A DNA stretch of 64,000 nucleotides, taken from Omnitrophica bacterium GWA2_41_15 (GTDB lineage: Bacteria; Omnitrophota; Gorgyraeia; Gygaellales; Profunditerraquicolaceae). The notes beneath the pieces are model-generated. The model was given only the letters and a program-made list of their open reading frames with translations. It made no database searches and was not told the origin of the DNA. Every line of letters starts with the position of its first letter. The stretch's first letter is position 1. Location: positions 64,192-128,191 of the forward strand of contig CAKKQB010000013.1 of the NCBI GenBank assembly GCA_919901915.1, given 5' to 3'. This document shows, in pieces, positions 37,701-46,484 of the stretch. The position numbers were made by a program, and so were the translations under genes.

Positions 37701-39386
37701 TGGGTCAATTGCCGGATTAGTAACCTGCGCGAATAACTGTTTAAAATAACTATAAAGCAACTGCGGCTTATCAGATAAAACCGCATGCGGGGTATCATTA
37801 CCCATTGAGCCATTCGGTTCATGAGAATCTTCCACCATAGGTTTAATGATAAATTTAAAATCCTCGCGGGTGTAACCGAAAGCTTTGAATAGAGTTAACG
37901 GATCTACTTTATTAGCGGATAGCGGATAGCTTTTATTAGCGTAGAGCGTAGAGCGTAAAGCGTAGAGCGTTTTGCTTTTCCTATCCGCTATACGCTCTAC
38001 GCTATCCGCTGATAATTTATCCAACTCTAACATATTTTTTTTAAGCCATTCTCCATACGGCTTAGAGCTTGCCATTGTTTCTTTTATTTCCTTATCTTCA
38101 ATTATGCGGCCTTCTTCTGTATCAACAAAAAGCATCTTTCCCGGTTCAAGCCTTCCTGAGATAGAAATATCATCCGGCGCGATATCTAAAACCCCTGCCT
38201 CTGAAGCCATAACTACCAAATTCTTTTTGGTCACAATATAGCGGCTAGGCCTTAAACCATTTCTGTCTAAAACCGCGCCAATCCTTACGCCATCAGTAAA
38301 GGCAATGGCTGCCGGTCCATCCCAGGACTCAATAAGACAAGTGTGGTATTTATAAAAATCTCTTACATTTTGACTCAAAAGATTATTCTGCTCCCAAGCG
38401 CTGGGTATTAACATCATCATCGCGTGAGACAAAGATCTACCCGATAAAACTAAAAGTTCAAAAACATTATCAATAGCCGCGGAATCGCTTCCCCCGGGAA
38501 CAATCACCGGAAAAATTTCCTTTAAATCCTTACCAAATAATTTACTTTTTAGTAAACCTTGGCGGGCAGTCATCCAATTTATATTCCCTTTTAAGGTATT
38601 TATCTCTCCATTATGCGCCAAGAACCGAAAAGGCTGCGCCAGATCCCAAGTGGGAAAAGTATTGGTACTATAACGGGAATGCACTAAACAAATCGCGCTT
38701 TGAAGAGCGCTGTCTTTTAAATCCAAAAAGAATTTCTCCAACTGCTCAGGCATAAGCAGGCCTTTATAAGAAAGCGTGCGGCAAGAAAGATTAGTAATAT
38801 AAAAAAATGATTTTTGTTTTAAGAATAAAGAGCGGATTTCGTTTTCTATTTTCTTGCGGATAATATAAAGCCTGCGCTCAAAATCAAGGCCATCCTTACC
38901 TATACTTAGACCTTTACCTTTACCTATAAAAACCTGCTCAATCACCGGTTGAGTAAGCTTTGCGGTTTTGCCAATCGCGGAATTATCAACCGGGACAATC
39001 CGCCAACCAAGCAAGGCCTGGCCCTCTTCTTTAATAATTCTAGCAAAGATACCCTTACATAACGCGCGCTCTTTTTTGTTAGTGGGAAGAAATACCATGC
39101 CTATCCCATAATCGCCAGAGGACGGTAAAATAAAATTTTCCTTCGCGCAGGCTTTTGCCAAAAATTCATGTGGCGCCTGAATAAGTATGCCTGCGCCATC
39201 CCCGGTCTCTGGGTCGGCGCCAGTTGCCCCGCGATGAGAAAGACGGCCTAAAACCTCCATGCCCTGTTTAATAATTTCATAAGATTTTTTGCCTTTGACA
39301 TCGCAAACAAATCCTACGCCGCAGGAATCATGTTCAAAACGGGAATCATACAACCCGTATTTTTCTAATTTCTGACGATTATCCAT
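34743..39386 (-). CDS. gltB: glutamate synthase large (alpha) subunit; carries in-frame heptamer-repeat insertion
   Basis: 1547 aa; MDNRQ..CGVGFV Ntn glutaminase, FMN and GXGXG domains; residues ~459-492 encoded by palindromic repeat at 37912-38010. Confidence 0.95.
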   Translation of the reverse strand: MDNRQKLEKYGLYDSRFEHDSCGVGFVCDVKGKKSYEIIKQGMEVLGRLSHRGATGADPETGDGAGILIQAPHEFLAKACAKENFILPSSGDYGIGMVFLPTNKKERALCKGIFARIIKEEGQALLGWRIVPVDNSAIGKTAKLTQPVIEQVFIGKGKGLSIGKDGLDFERRLYIIRKKIENEIRSLFLKQKSFFYITNLSCRTLSYKGLLMPEQLEKFFLDLKDSALQSAICLVHSRYSTNTFPTWDLAQPFRFLAHNGEINTLKGNINWMTARQGLLKSKLFGKDLKEIFPVIVPGGSDSAAIDNVFELLVLSGRSLSHAMMMLIPSAWEQNNLLSQNVRDFYKYHTCLIESWDGPAAIAFTDGVRIGAVLDRNGLRPSRYIVTKKNLVVMASEAGVLDIAPDDISISGRLEPGKMLFVDTEEGRIIEDKEIKETMASSKPYGEWLKKNMLELDKLSADSVERIADRKSKTLYALRSTLYANKSYPLSANKVDPLTLFKAFGYTREDFKFIIKPMVEDSHEPNGSMGNDTPHAVLSDKPQLLYSYFKQLFAQVTNPAIDPIREELVMSLDTYLGPQKNILDEQPRHCHKLLVKNPILTNEDLKKIHDIKKNGFKTKTISLLFNISEKNNFKKALDRICKETEAAIKEGFTFVILSDQGINKDKACLSALLATACVHQDLVRKALRTQVSIIVQSASPREVHHFALLFGYGADCINPYLAYEAAAFLIRDKEVDLDLESAIKHYIKAVDKGILKILSRMGISTLQSYRGAQIFEALGLSSEVIDKYFTGTVSRIGGIDLGIIEKEALLRHKEAFAVDGLQRPFLATGGLYQWKKDGEFHLWNPDSIAALQGAVRNNDSKKYQEFAKLINDQSSNPATLRSLFKFKEVKPIPIEEVEPVSEIVRRFVTGAMSFGSISKACHETIAIAMNRLGGRSNTGEGGEDPARFVAFPNGDSKRSAIKQVASGRFGVITNYLVNADELQIKIAQGAKPGEGGQLPGHKVSAAIAKIRYTTPGVTLISPPPHHDIYSIEDLAQLIFDLKNVNPRARVSVKLVSEIGVGTIATGVAKGHADMILISGGDGGTGASPLSSIKHAGLPWELGIAETHQTLVLNDLRSRVRLQVDGGMRTGRDVAVAALLGAEEFGFCTSVLVVLGCVMLRHCHLNNCSLGVATQDELLEKRFSGKPEYVENYFRFIAQELRQIMSSLGIVKIDDLIGRADLLEVNSKILPWKAKKIDFSRILYQPKGNGRASHSPSRKPEGSGLAPYKQDYGIDNILDRKLIELARGALENRKPIKIELSIRNHNRSVGTMLSGEVCRIFGEDGLPANTIHFKFKGVAGQSFGAWLAKGVTLELEGLTNDYVGKGMSGGKIIIYPDRQSNYKVEENIIIGNTTFYGAILGSAYIRGIAGERFCIRNSGLYAVVEGVGDHACEYMTGGRVVVIGRTGRNFAAGMSGGIAYVWDKDGDFKNKCNMEMVILEAVAEEDARTIEKLLSNHYHYTRSSSAKNILDNFTPELKKFVKVMPIEYKRVLGGRKTEEKIELVEASDG
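37912..38010. repeat. family F heptamer-array palindrome inserted in frame inside gltB
   Basis: agcggat x2 ... agcgtag x4 ... ctatccgct atacgct ctacgct atccgct; translates LSADSVERIADRKSKTLYALRSTLYANKSYPLSANK. Confidence 0.85.
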
Positions 39387-39391
39387 ATTTT

Positions 39392-39558
39392 TAGCGTATA
39401 GCGTATAGCGTAGAGCGTAGAGCGTATAGCGTATAGCGTAGAACGTAGAGCGTAGAGCGGATAGCGGATAGTAAAAATCTATGTTTTAACTATATGTTAT
39501 CCGCTATTCCTACACGCTTTCTTTCCTATCCGCTAAACGCTATACGCTCTACGCTAAT
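39392..39558. repeat. largest family F locus (11-unit left arm + degenerate right arm) between glnN and gltB
   Basis: direct reading of tandem heptamers. Confidence 0.85.
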
Positions 39559-39589
39559 ATAAAATACCTCATAGACCTACGAGGCATAT

Positions 39590-41785
39590 TTAGTTTATAA
39601 ATAACATCTCCCTATATTTGGGAAGATCCCAGGTATCATCCGGAACAACAGATTCCAATGAGTCCACGTGCCTGCGGATATGCTCCATTAACGGCTTAAG
39701 CTCCTCAAAATAAATCTGCGCGCGTTTTTCGCTGCCTACCTGTTTAGCCCTATCAAGCAGTTTAACCATCGCCAGAGAATTTTTACGCACATAATAAATC
39801 TTTGAAACTACCTCACAAAGATGCTCTTTTTTATCATTTAATACCGCCTCATTTATTTTTAGGCCCGCGCTTTTCTTAAGCTTAACTAATTCATCCAAAG
39901 TAGAAGCCAGTAATTTCTCATACTTATAACCCGCTGGCACCACCGAAGCATTAACCATCTCATTTAAAGTATTAGCTTCGATTTCCAGAATGAGATTATA
40001 CATATGGATCCAAATGTGATACCGCGCAGCCAACTCCTCTTTAGAAAAAACCTTATATTTTTCAAAAAGAGCGACATTTTCTTTTTTATTTAAAGCTTCC
40101 AGCGACTCATAAGTAGCAGCGACATTCGCTAAACCGCGTTTTTTAGCTTCCTTGACCCACTCCTCTGAATAGTTATTTCCTTCAAAACGAATATACTTAG
40201 TTTCTTTAACGATTTTAGAGATCACCTGCAAAACGCCAGCGTTAAAATCCTTTCCCGCGGAAACAGCTCCCTTAATCTGCTCAGCAACATAGTCTAAGCT
40301 TTCAGCAATTATCGTGTTGATTACCGTAATCGACGTAGAGATATTCTGCGATGAACCTACAGCGCGGAATTCGAATTTAGCCCCGGTAAAAGCAAACGGT
40401 GAAGTACGATTCCTATCCGTTGAATCCTTGCTAAACTTAGGCAGACGAGCGATACCAAAATCCATAATATCAGCTTTAGAAACTTTTGACTTAACCCCTT
40501 TTTCAATCATATCCAAAATATTAGTCAATTGCTCGCCCAGAAACACACTAATGATCGCCGGAGGCGCTTCATTTGCCCCTAAACGATGCTCATTGCCGGC
40601 TAATGCCACAGAGGCGCGCAAAAGATCGCCATGCGAATAGACTGCTCTTAAAACCGCGGCTAAAACCGCTAAAAATTGCAGATTATCTTCCGGAGTCTGG
40701 CCGGGATTAAGCAAATTATTACCTTGATCATCCGCTAGCGACCAGTTCAGGTGTTTTCCGCTTCCGTTTATACCGGCAAATGGTTTCTCATGCAAAAGGC
40801 AAACCAGATTATGCTTTAAGGCAACCTTCTTCATCAACTCCATAAGTAATTGGTTATGATCAGCGGCAATATTTGATTCCTCAAACATTGGAGCAAATTC
40901 ATACTGATGCGGAGCAACTTCATTATGACGGGTTATTACCGGTATGCCCAACTTATAAGCCTCTTGAGCCACCTCAAACATAAAATTAACTACGCGCTCT
41001 TTAATCGTTCCGAAATACTGATCTTCTAATTGCTGGCCTTTAGGGCTTGGCGCGCCAATCAAAGTGCGGCCGGTCATAATTAAATCCTGGCGTAAATTAT
41101 AATAGTTTTTATCAATCAAAAAGTATTCCTGCTCCGCCCCGCAAGTTGAAAAAACTTTTTTGATCTGCTGATGGCCAAAAAGCTTAAGCAATTCCAATGC
41201 GGATTTATTTAAAGCTTCATCAGAACGCAGAAGCGGAAGCTTCTTATCCAATGCCTCACCATGATAAGAAATAAATATCGTCGGAATACAGAGAGTCTTA
41301 CCCAGCGCGCTTTCAATAATAAAAGCGGGGCTGGAAGGATCCCATGCGGTGTAACCTCTGGCTTCAAAAGTCGCGCGAATGCCGCCTGAAGGAAAACTCG
41401 ACGCATCAGGCTCGCCTTGAATCAGTTTATTCCCGGAAAATTTCTCAATAACTTTACCCGGGCCAATAATCGAAATAAAACTATCATGTTTTTCCGCGGT
41501 AAGCCCGGTCATCGGCTGAAACCAATGCGTATAATAGGTAGCGCCCAAATCAGTCGCCCAATTTTTTATAGCATCAGCAATCTCATCAGCTTGAACCAAA
41601 CTTATAATCTTACCCGCAGACATCCATGTCTTAAACGCCTCAAAAGTATCCTTAGAAATATGTTTCTGCATAGTTTCAAGGCTAAAAGTATTCTGCCCGA
41701 AATACGTAGAAACTTTATCCGGCGCCTCCACCTTATCTAATTCTAAACTTTTAATCCTAAACAAAACTTTCTGTCTTATACTCAT
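39590..41785 (-). CDS. glnN: glutamine synthetase type III
   Basis: 731 aa, GSIII length and N-terminal/catalytic architecture; RBS AAAGGAGG. Confidence 0.85.
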   Translation of the reverse strand: MSIRQKVLFRIKSLELDKVEAPDKVSTYFGQNTFSLETMQKHISKDTFEAFKTWMSAGKIISLVQADEIADAIKNWATDLGATYYTHWFQPMTGLTAEKHDSFISIIGPGKVIEKFSGNKLIQGEPDASSFPSGGIRATFEARGYTAWDPSSPAFIIESALGKTLCIPTIFISYHGEALDKKLPLLRSDEALNKSALELLKLFGHQQIKKVFSTCGAEQEYFLIDKNYYNLRQDLIMTGRTLIGAPSPKGQQLEDQYFGTIKERVVNFMFEVAQEAYKLGIPVITRHNEVAPHQYEFAPMFEESNIAADHNQLLMELMKKVALKHNLVCLLHEKPFAGINGSGKHLNWSLADDQGNNLLNPGQTPEDNLQFLAVLAAVLRAVYSHGDLLRASVALAGNEHRLGANEAPPAIISVFLGEQLTNILDMIEKGVKSKVSKADIMDFGIARLPKFSKDSTDRNRTSPFAFTGAKFEFRAVGSSQNISTSITVINTIIAESLDYVAEQIKGAVSAGKDFNAGVLQVISKIVKETKYIRFEGNNYSEEWVKEAKKRGLANVAATYESLEALNKKENVALFEKYKVFSKEELAARYHIWIHMYNLILEIEANTLNEMVNASVVPAGYKYEKLLASTLDELVKLKKSAGLKINEAVLNDKKEHLCEVVSKIYYVRKNSLAMVKLLDRAKQVGSEKRAQIYFEELKPLMEHIRRHVDSLESVVPDDTWDLPKYREMLFIN

Positions 41786-41803
41786 GTGTTCCTCCTTTTA
41801 ATA

Positions 41804-41850
41804 GTGTATAGCGGATAGTTTTACTTTTTTTTATCCACTAACCTACCCTT
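41804..41850. repeat. family F-derived short hairpin with T9 loop between amt and glnN
   Basis: gtgtatagcggatag-T9-atccact. Confidence 0.6.
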
Positions 41851-41865
41851 TATAACTAACAATTA

Positions 41866-43023
41866 CTAAGCATCAAGAAATTCTTCAGCATCCGCGTAGG
41901 CCTCTGCTCTTCTGCCAAAAAGCGAAAGTATTAATCCCGAGATATACCCACTAACAAAAGCTAGTACAACAGCAATAACAATACCTGTCCACTGCTTTCT
42001 GCAATCTAATCCGCTTACAACAAACATCGCGGCAATACCGCCCATTAAACCGGGTAGCCCATGTAAACACATAACACCGCAAGTATCTACTTTCTTAATT
42101 TTATTCTGCAACCATGGGAGAATAACAGCAAAACCAAATACCGACAAGGCTCCGGCTAATAATCCGATTACCATTGAACTAACTGGGTTCGCGTAATCAC
42201 AAGTAGAACCAATAGCCACGCCGCCAGCCAATGACGCGTTCGCGATATCACTAATTGAAATCTTGCGCCTCAAAACACAAGAAGTAATATAGGTAGCTAA
42301 CGTCGCGCCGCAAAGAGCAATAACCACATTAATTACCGTTTGTGGCACCTTTGCCGTTGGCACAAGCGCCGCGCAAAAACTTGGCCAAAAAAACCACAAG
42401 ACCATACTCCCCAACATTGAGAATCTGTCGCTTACAACATCCGTTTCTATGGGTGTATCAAATTCTTTTTTTGTGGTCAAATTCATTATCAGGCCAAACC
42501 CAAAAATAGCTCCGAAGGCATGGATTATTATAGAACCTCCAGTATCCGCGAAACCGCCATTAGGCAACAATCCAAAGCCGCCTGAAAGAATTATCCATTC
42601 ATTCAACATATAACAAGGAACAAAAAGCAACCCTAATATAATATATTGAATCATTTTTAATCTGCCTAACACCGCGCCGGCACAGATCAAAAGGCCTGCT
42701 CCCGCGAACTCTGCCAAAATCAAGCCGTCTATACCTGTCTGAACATTTCCAAATAAACCTAAACTATTGAGACAAATATATAACGGTACTGCCACGCTTA
42801 CCAGCAAGAATGTCGCTGTCAACGCGGAGCGCCCATACTTTTTAACAAAAACCATCAAAAAACCAAACCCAACTAAAAGCATTGCCATTATATGTATTGC
42901 CCGATCACATTTTTGAACATCTGTAACTGGGCCTAAAAAATCCTCTGCCGAACTAACACGCAGAAAAATTAACGACGCAGCCAACACCAACAACAATATT
43001 AACATCCAACGATTTTTTTTCAT
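41866..43023 (-). CDS. amt: ammonium transporter (Amt/Rh family)
   Basis: 385 aa, 11 TM, Amt signature DFAGG...; leader with promoter/operator/terminator. Confidence 0.85.
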   Translation of the reverse strand: MKKNRWMLILLLVLAASLIFLRVSSAEDFLGPVTDVQKCDRAIHIMAMLLVGFGFLMVFVKKYGRSALTATFLLVSVAVPLYICLNSLGLFGNVQTGIDGLILAEFAGAGLLICAGAVLGRLKMIQYIILGLLFVPCYMLNEWIILSGGFGLLPNGGFADTGGSIIIHAFGAIFGFGLIMNLTTKKEFDTPIETDVVSDRFSMLGSMVLWFFWPSFCAALVPTAKVPQTVINVVIALCGATLATYITSCVLRRKISISDIANASLAGGVAIGSTCDYANPVSSMVIGLLAGALSVFGFAVILPWLQNKIKKVDTCGVMCLHGLPGLMGGIAAMFVVSGLDCRKQWTGIVIAVVLAFVSGYISGLILSLFGRRAEAYADAEEFLDA

Positions 43024-43083
43024 TTTATCCTTTCTTTGCCTAAAAAAGTAACTTCCCTTAATAAGCTGAAGACGTCCCTGTCC

Positions 43084-43119
43084 TTAAAAACAAGAAGCCC
43101 CAAAACATTTTGGGGCTTC
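43084..43119 (-). terminator. intrinsic terminator inside the amt 5' leader (attenuator)
   Basis: minus GAAGCCCCAAAATGTTTTGGGGCTTC followed by TTGTTTTTAAGG; 60 nt upstream of amt ATG. Confidence 0.7.
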
Positions 43120-43130
43120 TTTGCCTTTGA

Positions 43131-43175
43131 CTTAATTGTCAATTAAGATCATAGCATATTTCATATTCTTGTCAA
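43131..43175 (-). promoter_or_regulatory. amt promoter (minus-strand TTGACA-16-TATGAT) with 8-1-8 palindromic operator CTTAATTGWCAATTAAG spanning the predicted TSS
   Basis: -35 at 43170-43175, -10 at 43148-43153, palindrome 43131-43147. Confidence 0.6.
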
Positions 43176-43201
43176 GAAAAAAAATGCAAGGGGAGGGGAA
43201 T

Positions 43202-44635
43202 TTAGGTTCTTTCGTCTTTAAGGTAGTTAATTATTGAAAAAGCGGCTTTCTTAGCCATGCCCATTGCCTCAATAACCGTGCCTTCTCCACCCACGATATC
43301 TCCGCCGGCAAAAACGCCTTTAATAGATGTCTCCATAGTTTGGGGGTTTACGATAACATCTTTGTATTTATCGGTTTTTAACTCCGATGTAACATTAGTT
43401 AAAACCTGATTTGCCTGCAAACCCACGGCAATAATCGCTATATCGCAATCTATTCCAAAATCGCTTCCCTCTACAGCAACCGGCCTTCTTCTCCCGGATT
43501 CATCCGGCTCTCCCAAGCGGCACCTAAGACACCTTAACTTTTGCACCTTTCCTTCCTCATCGCCGATAAACTCTACTGGCTGAACCAAAAATTCAATTTT
43601 TATTCCCTCTTCCTTAGCATGTTCGATTTCCAATCTTCTTGCCGGCATCTCAACTTCAGTCCTACGATAAAGAATTGTGGTGTTAGGGCTAAACCCATTT
43701 ATTATTTGCAATCTTAACGCGGCTCGAGCAGCATCCAAAGCTGTATTGCCTCCGCCAACAACTAAGACCTGCTTACCTATATTAATAGGGGTGTGAAACT
43801 GAGGAAACTTGTCAGCTAACATCAAATTAACCCGAGTTAAGAATTCATTGGCTGAATAAACATTGCCTAAATTCTCGCCTTTTATTTCTAAAAATGACGG
43901 CACACCCGCGCCCAACCCCAGAAATATAGCAGAATATCCTTCGCTAAAAAGCTCATCTAACGCCTTAACTTTTCCCACAATAAAATTAGGGATGAGTTGA
44001 ACCCCCAATTTCTTTAACTCATTTATTTCATAATCAAGAACATCGCGCGGCATCCTAAAAGGGGGTATCCCATACCTTAAAACTCCGCCCGGTTTATGCA
44101 AACTCTCAAAGATATCCACCTTTACTCCCTGCCTTGCCAATTCACCGGCGCAAGCCAAACCAGCCGGACCAGAACCCACAACCGCGACTTTAAACCCAAA
44201 CTTAACAAATTTCTGATCCTTGCCTGCTGGCGCCTCCAAATTATTCTTTACCCCATAATCACCGACAAATCTTTCCAAAAAATGAATATTGATTGCCTGC
44301 TCTGAAGCAAAAGAGGCGGTCTTTTTTGTCAAAACACAAGCCCTGCGGCACTGATATTCCGCGGGACAAACCCTTCCGCAAATAGAGGGAAAATCATTCT
44401 TTTCCCGAAGAATAAAATAAGCCGCCCTATAATCTTTTTTGGTAATCCAAGAGATAAACTCCTTTATATTTATTCCTACGGGACAACCGAATTGACAAAT
44501 AGGGTTCGGACACTGCAGACAGCGGTTAGCCTCAATAAGCGCCTCTTCTTCTGTGTATCCTAAAACTACCTCATCAAAATTCTTTATTCTTTCTGAAGGA
44601 TTTAATTCTCTTACTTTTACTGCTTCTTTTTTCAT
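43202..44635 (-). CDS. nfnB: NADH-dependent reduced ferredoxin:NADP oxidoreductase large subunit (NfnB/SudA, GltD-like)
   Basis: 477 aa, 2x[4Fe-4S] Cys motifs, FAD and NADPH Rossmann folds. Confidence 0.8.
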   Translation of the reverse strand: MKKEAVKVRELNPSERIKNFDEVVLGYTEEEALIEANRCLQCPNPICQFGCPVGINIKEFISWITKKDYRAAYFILREKNDFPSICGRVCPAEYQCRRACVLTKKTASFASEQAINIHFLERFVGDYGVKNNLEAPAGKDQKFVKFGFKVAVVGSGPAGLACAGELARQGVKVDIFESLHKPGGVLRYGIPPFRMPRDVLDYEINELKKLGVQLIPNFIVGKVKALDELFSEGYSAIFLGLGAGVPSFLEIKGENLGNVYSANEFLTRVNLMLADKFPQFHTPINIGKQVLVVGGGNTALDAARAALRLQIINGFSPNTTILYRRTEVEMPARRLEIEHAKEEGIKIEFLVQPVEFIGDEEGKVQKLRCLRCRLGEPDESGRRRPVAVEGSDFGIDCDIAIIAVGLQANQVLTNVTSELKTDKYKDVIVNPQTMETSIKGVFAGGDIVGGEGTVIEAMGMAKKAAFSIINYLKDERT

Positions 44636-44661
44636 CCTCTTATTTTTAATGTTTTAGTATT

Positions 44662-44741
44662 TAGCGGATAGCGTATAGCGTATATATAGGTTTTACTATC
44701 CGCTATACGCTCTACGCTATACGCTATACGCTTGATATTTT
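44662..44741. repeat. family F palindrome between nfnB and nfnA
   Basis: agcggat agcgtat agcgtat / atccgct atacgct ctacgct atacgct atacgct. Confidence 0.85.
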
Positions 44742-45569
44742 AAGATTACAGATATGCTTTTCTTTATCTAAATAAACACTGTTCCTCTTTGTCAATTCAT
44801 CCCAATTTACTTGAGTTCCGTCAAATTCCGGGCCATCAACGCAAGCAAATTTCGTCTTACCTGCCACAGTTACACGGCAACAGCCGCACATTCCAGTAGC
44901 ATCTACCATCAAAGGATTCAAAGAAACAATGGTTTTAACTTTAAAATCGCTAGCAACCTCGCAAACTCTTCTCATCATCGGTATCGGGCCGACTGCGTAA
45001 ATTAGCGAATAGCGGATAGCGGATAGTGAATAGCTTAATACCTCCTGCAAAATATCAGTAACAAAGCCTTTCCTGCCGCAAGAACCGTCATCAGTGGTTA
45101 TATAAAGCTCATCGCAAAACACCTTTAGCTCCTGCTCCAAAATCAATAAATCATTGTTTCTTGCGCCCAGTATAGTAGTAGTATGGTTTCCCGCTTCTTT
45201 CAAAGCCTTGGCAACCGGATAAATCTCCGCAATTCCTACGCCTCCGCCTACAAGAATTAAATTTCCAAAATTTTTAATCTCAGTAGCATGCCCCAGGGGC
45301 CCGGCCAAAGCGTATAATGAATCACCAACCTCCATCTTGCCCAGCAACTTAGTAGTTAAGCCAACCTCTTGAAAGATCAAGGTAATTGTGCCTATGTCAG
45401 AATTTTTATCTACTATAGTTAGAGGTATCCTTTCGCCTTCCTCGCATACCATAAGAACAACAAATTGGCCCGGTCTTACTTTCCTGGCAATAAGCGGGCT
45501 TAAGATTTCAAAGCGCTTAATTGTTACGTCTTGCGTTTGTGCTAAAATTTCTTTTTTGATTATCCGCAT
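44724..45569 (-). CDS. nfnA: NfnA/SudB (PyrK-like FAD/[2Fe-2S] subunit); in-frame heptamer-repeat insertion
   Basis: 281 aa; C-terminal CGCC...C 2Fe-2S; segment LSYSLSAIRYSLI encoded by repeat 45003-45036. Confidence 0.75.
   Translation of the reverse strand: MRIIKKEILAQTQDVTIKRFEILSPLIARKVRPGQFVVLMVCEEGERIPLTIVDKNSDIGTITLIFQEVGLTTKLLGKMEVGDSLYALAGPLGHATEIKNFGNLILVGGGVGIAEIYPVAKALKEAGNHTTTILGARNNDLLILEQELKVFCDELYITTDDGSCGRKGFVTDILQEVLSYSLSAIRYSLIYAVGPIPMMRRVCEVASDFKVKTIVSLNPLMVDATGMCGCCRVTVAGKTKFACVDGPEFDGTQVNWDELTKRNSVYLDKEKHICNLKISSV
45003..45036. repeat. family F single arm inserted in frame in nfnA
   Basis: agcgaat agcggat agcggat agtgaat. Confidence 0.75.
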
Positions 45570-45607
45570 AGAAAAAATTGATTACCGAAAGAAAAGGATT
45601 CGTTGAT

Positions 45608-45728
45608 GGGACTGTTGTGAAATACCAAACCTTGCGTCATTCTGAGGCCGAAAGCCGAAGAATCTCGACGCTGATAAGATCCTTCGCTTCGCTCAGGATG
45701 ACGAAAAAGGGTATTTCGCAACGGTCCC
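45608..45728. mobile_element. MITE family B: same TIR family (GGGACTGTTGYGAAATAC) with different internal hairpin GTCATTCTGAGGCC...GCTCAGGATGAC
   Basis: TIRs at 45608-45626 and 45709-45728. Confidence 0.7.
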
Positions 45729-45740
45729 TTGATCGGAATC

Positions 45741-46478
45741 TTACTTTACATCACTGTAATCATTCTTATTTTTTAATTCGGCAGTTAAAATAATTGCTTC
45801 GGCGATTTCGCGCATGGACTTACGTTTATCCATACTCTGTTTTTGAATTAATCTGTAGGCCTCGGATGGTTTTACATCTGCCTCCTGGGAAAGTATATCC
45901 TTTGCCCGTTCAATCAGCTTGCGGGTAACTAAGGCTTCTTCAGCGCTATGCGCCCGCAAAGATAATTCAGCATTTTCAATGGCCATAGCCGTCTGATTGG
46001 CCAAAGTTGTAAGAAGACTTATCTCGGATTTTGTAAACTTATGTCTTTTTGAGGTATAACAATTAAGCACGCCGATTACTGTCCCTCTTACTGCCAAAGG
46101 GACACTAGCCAAAGAACAAAGCCCTTCTTTTTTAGCGATGTCCCTATTTAAGTAATCCGCGTCTTCCCTGACATCCAAAACAACCATTGATTTATTATCC
46201 CGCGCAACCGCTCCCGCAATCCCCTCTCCTAATTTTATATTGGGTTTTTTATTGTAGCTTTGAGAAATAGACTGGGTCGCGCGTACAACTAATTCTTTCC
46301 TCTCGGAATCAAGAAGCATCAAAGAAGAGATTTTTAAATTCATCACCTGGGCAGTAACCTCAACAACTAAACGAAGAAGCTCGTCCAGATACAAGCCTGA
46401 AGTAATCAGGTTCGCGACCTTAGAAATCGCCTCAATCTGCTTTGTATAAACCTGATAACCCTTTACCTTTTTAATCAT
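45741..46478 (-). CDS. GAF-ANTAR RNA-binding antitermination regulator
   Basis: 245 aa; N-terminal GAF; C-terminal ANTAR (EAYRLIQKQSMDKRKSMREIAEAII). Confidence 0.8.
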   Translation of the reverse strand: MIKKVKGYQVYTKQIEAISKVANLITSGLYLDELLRLVVEVTAQVMNLKISSLMLLDSERKELVVRATQSISQSYNKKPNIKLGEGIAGAVARDNKSMVVLDVREDADYLNRDIAKKEGLCSLASVPLAVRGTVIGVLNCYTSKRHKFTKSEISLLTTLANQTAMAIENAELSLRAHSAEEALVTRKLIERAKDILSQEADVKPSEAYRLIQKQSMDKRKSMREIAEAIILTAELKNKNDYSDVK

Positions 46479-46484
46479 AATTAG

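Noticed and set aside
41836-41844. T9 homopolymer between amt and glnN as a phase-variation tract
   Set aside because: It is the loop of a repeat-derived hairpin in an intergenic spacer. No reading frame or promoter spacing depends on it.
43024-43201. Canonical ANTAR dual-hexaloop RNA motif in the amt leader
   Set aside because: I could not find two short stem-loops with ANNGNN hexaloops overlapping the terminator by eye. I report only the terminator, promoter and DNA palindrome. The ANTAR link stays a hypothesis that needs cmsearch.
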